Assembly (NCBI RefSeq): GCF_006345805.1
Contig: NW_021833787.1
Coordinates: 1-55,141, forward strand
Source: Octopus sinensis
Lineage: Eukaryota
Length of the DNA stretch: 55,141 bases
Reading direction: 5' to 3'
Position 1 is the stretch's first letter. The number at the start of each line of letters is the position of its first letter. Position numbers and translations under genes: made by a program. The notes under the pieces are model-generated. The model had not been told where the DNA came from. It searched no databases and saw nothing but the letters and a program-made list of their open reading frames with translations. Shown piece after piece: positions 51,947 through 55,141 of the stretch.

Positions 51947-52017
51947 ATGCAGGACCGGTTTCTGACTCTTCAAATACGTTTGACAACGTAAATTTGATTA
52001 GTCTTCATCAGCTGCAT
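51947..52017 (-). ncRNA. Type I hammerhead ribozyme, intact core, extended stem II
   Basis: AUGCAG CUGAUGA A GACU-[UCAAAU..ACGUU/AACGU.AUUUGA]-AGUC A GAAA C CG G UC|CUGCAU: 6-bp stem I, palindromic ACCGGU stem III, GUC site; stem I can extend via CUAGG/CCUAG (52025-52021 / 51938-51934). Confidence 0.8.
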
Positions 52018-52607
52018 ATACCTAGAAAAGATTTCAAATGTTGCTGCATCTATGGCAGAATACTCGTCTGAACGCCAAAACGTTAACAGAACGAGAACAG
52101 TGAAATATATATATATACTTACTATAAACATATAAGTATGCACAAACATTTATGTATATTTACATATATCTGTATAGACACATATATCTCTGCATATATA
52201 TATACATATATTTACATATACGAATCGCGTCACGTTCGTCTTCGTGTGCATATTCCAGCATGAGAAGACGTATGCGACATCGTCCGGCTGGAATTTAGTG
52301 CTTTAATGCATCATAAATACGAAAAAAAAAAGCATAAAATATTTACTCGTATTATTGCTACCGACGCAACCTTAAGTAGCTGCTATAAAACACACACAAA
52401 CAGCAAGACACAAACACACACGCACACAAATACACACGCACACACACACACATCCAAACAGGCACACACATACAGAGGTGTGTTTTTATGACAAATTAGG
52501 TTATTATGGTCAGTTCCGTTTCCACACTAGAGTAAACAAACATTGGCAATATGCGAAATTAAACACTTACACACACACACACACACACACACATACACAC
52601 TCAATAT

Positions 52608-52653
<46 letters not shown>

Positions 52654-53117
52654 TATATATATAGTATATATATATGTGTATATGTGTGTATCTTCATGAT
52701 AATCAGTGTGATTATTTGGTTCGACCTATTTGGTGTTTTGCATCTTTTAATATTATTTTTTCTACGCCCTAGTTTTGTGTATATATGCATACACACGTGT
52801 ATATGTATGAGTGTGTGCGTATGTGCGTATATATTATATTTTATATACGCATACTTATATATGTGTGTGCATATATATATATATATATATGCGTATATGT
52901 ATATATGTGTGTGTGTGTGCGTGTACGTAAGTATGTGAGATTTATACACTATATGTACTATGGCATATGTATACGTTACAGACATACATGCATACTACAT
53001 ATACATACACTAGCATACTAAAGGCATACATATATATATATATGTGTGTGTGTGTATATAGTATATAATATAGGTGTGCGTGTTGTTTGTAATATATATA
53101 TGTTATATATATATATA

Positions 53118-53150
<33 letters not shown>

Positions 53151-53153
53151 TGT

Positions 53154-53201
<48 letters not shown>

Positions 53202-53321
53202 TGTACGTATGTATGCATGCATGTCTATTTATACGTACGTCCATAGAAAGTGACGAAGAAAAGAGATATAGCAACAAGTTCCTACTTAAGATGTAAATCA
53301 CTCCATTCTGATGCCGTGATG

Positions 53322-53652
53322 CGGTTCCGACGACGAGGGTTCCAGTTGATCCGATCAACGGAACACCCTGCTCGCGTGTACCCTTAACGTAGTTCTCGGG
53401 AGATTCAGTGTGACACAGAGTGTGTGAATGCTGGCCCTTTGAAATACAGGTACAACAAAAACATGAAGGAAGAGTGCCAGAAAATTGGGATGAAAGAGTA
53501 GAGCAGGGATCACCACCGCCACTTAACGGAGCTTCGTAGATCTTTAGGTGTTTTCGCTCAATAAACACTCACAACGACCGGTTTGGGTTTGGAAAGTGCG
53601 ATCCTACGACCGCGAGACCGCTGCCGTAACCACTGGGCCATTGTGCCTCCAC
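53322..53652 (-). mobile_element. SINE family 3
   Basis: Minus strand GTGGAGGCACAATGGCCCAGTGGTTACGGCAGCGG...; 3' GTTCCGTTGATCGGATCAACTGGAACCCTCGTCGTC. Confidence 0.88.
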
Positions 53653-53963
53653 TGCAGTGATCGAAGACAGCAAAAATAAGAACTCGTCTGGATATTTAAA
53701 ATTTTATGGAGTCTTTTATTGCTGCTGAAATTCCACATTCACACAAATGATAAATAATTCATGAGATAATTTACTCTTTAGTTTTTCTCTCTTATTGGAA
53801 AAATCTGAAGAAATTATGTCACAAAATATCCAGTGGCATTTGGTATCGAGAAACGTCCCTGCCTTTTGGCAGTATCAGACAAATATTACCAATATTGATA
53901 GCAAGCAATCACGATTTTTATATCTACGTCTATGTATAAGCAGACGTCACCTCTATGTTACAT

Positions 53964-53995
<32 letters not shown>

Positions 53996-54010
53996 GCATA
54001 TGTATGTATA

Positions 54011-54054
<44 letters not shown>

Positions 54055-54120
54055 CTATATATATATATATATAATATATATCTATATATATAATATATAT
54101 ATATATATATCATATATATA

Positions 54121-54210
<90 letters not shown>

Positions 54211-54734
54211 TAAATATACATATATATATATGTATAGCGAGAGAGTGATACTACATATATATATATATATATATATATGTTTTGTGTGTGTTATCTAACA
54301 GTTATATGTATATATTGATATTTTCATGTGTTTACACACACACATATATATGTATATATAAATGAGTCTGTCAATGTATATATTTGCATATTTCTTTGAG
54401 TCTATGTATCTGCCTAACTATATTTATATGTGTGTGTGTGTATGTGTCTACCTCTGCATGCGTTTGTTCTTTTCCCGACTCACAATTTTTCAGTCTCTTA
54501 AACTTATCCTCTGACATAAAACATTACTAAACATTTAACTTCACATGTTTGTTTTATGAACACGAGTTTATTTTCGTGGGATTCGCATCTATGTGTATGT
54601 CGTGTTTGTGTTTGCTTCGATATATTTAATATTTTTTTATATTTGAAGTTAAAAAATAGTACACCTTTGCTGGCAGGTTTATATCTAATAACTGTTATAG
54701 GGCAATGTTTTACCATAGTATAGAGGCTGATATA

Positions 54735-55030
54735 ATAGGTAGTTAAATGGTTTTATATGCAGACACGAGGCTTAGATTTGAAGGATATTCGCATAACCGT
54801 GAGTTCGATTCCTGGGGGGTGTTTTGGCCTTGGGCAAAACACTTTATTTCTCATTGGCTCAGGGTTCTCAACTGACAAAAGTCAGGTATGGCTGTATCCT
54901 AAATGGCCGGCCTTTTCACTTTCCATGTCACGCTGAATCTCCCTGAGAACTACATTCAGGACACGTGTGTCTGAATGATTCTCAGCTACTTACATGTTAA
55001 TTCAACGTGCAGGCTGTTCCGTTGGTCACA
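54735..55030 (+). mobile_element. Degenerate SINE related to family 3
   Basis: GTGAGTTCGATTCC B-box, CCTTGGGCAA, GTCACGCTGAATCTCCCTGAGAACTAC...GCAGGCTGTTCCGTTG. Confidence 0.65.
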
Positions 55031-55141
55031 CAGAAACAAAAGACATACACACATATACACGCACATTTGTTTGCATGTATTATGCAAGATTTCTTGCCAA
55101 TGGTGAAAGATCCGGTTTCAAACCTAGATTCAAGGCTCCGT

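Noticed and set aside
1446-54298. Well over a hundred ORFs rich in YI/IY, MYVC, YLSI, poly-N/L/I/T/H
   Set aside because: They are translations of micro- and minisatellites that lack stop codons; no domain motifs or coding complexity

Overview
AT-rich, repeat-dominated eukaryotic (animal) non-coding DNA; the microsatellite load and SINE families resemble an octopus/cephalopod genome (inference). No host protein-coding gene can be supported: nearly all listed ORFs are translations of (TA)n, (TATG)n, (TATC)n, (AAT)n or (GA)n tracts. Real coding signal is limited to decayed transposons: three co-oriented R4/Dong-like (RT + restriction-like endonuclease) non-LTR fragments stacked in a (TAA)n array (25.0-28.4 kb), a CR1/L2-type RT fragment (50.9-51.7 kb) and two Tc1/mariner remnants. 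There are also two copies of a non-autonomous Helitron, a pogo/Tigger-like MITE and at least three tRNA-derived SINE families. The main hidden signal is RNA-structural: about 12-14 minimal type I hammerhead ribozyme (HHR) motifs of the Penelope-element/retrozyme type. These are eight copies in a ~150-215-bp (TA)n-embedded element family (two subfamilies, one tail-to-tail pair), a near-textbook HHR at 51947-52017 (-), an HHR fused directly behind a tRNA-like head at 49070-49283 (-), and further long-stem-II or degenerate versions. All structures were folded by eye and need covariance-model and cleavage-assay confirmation.
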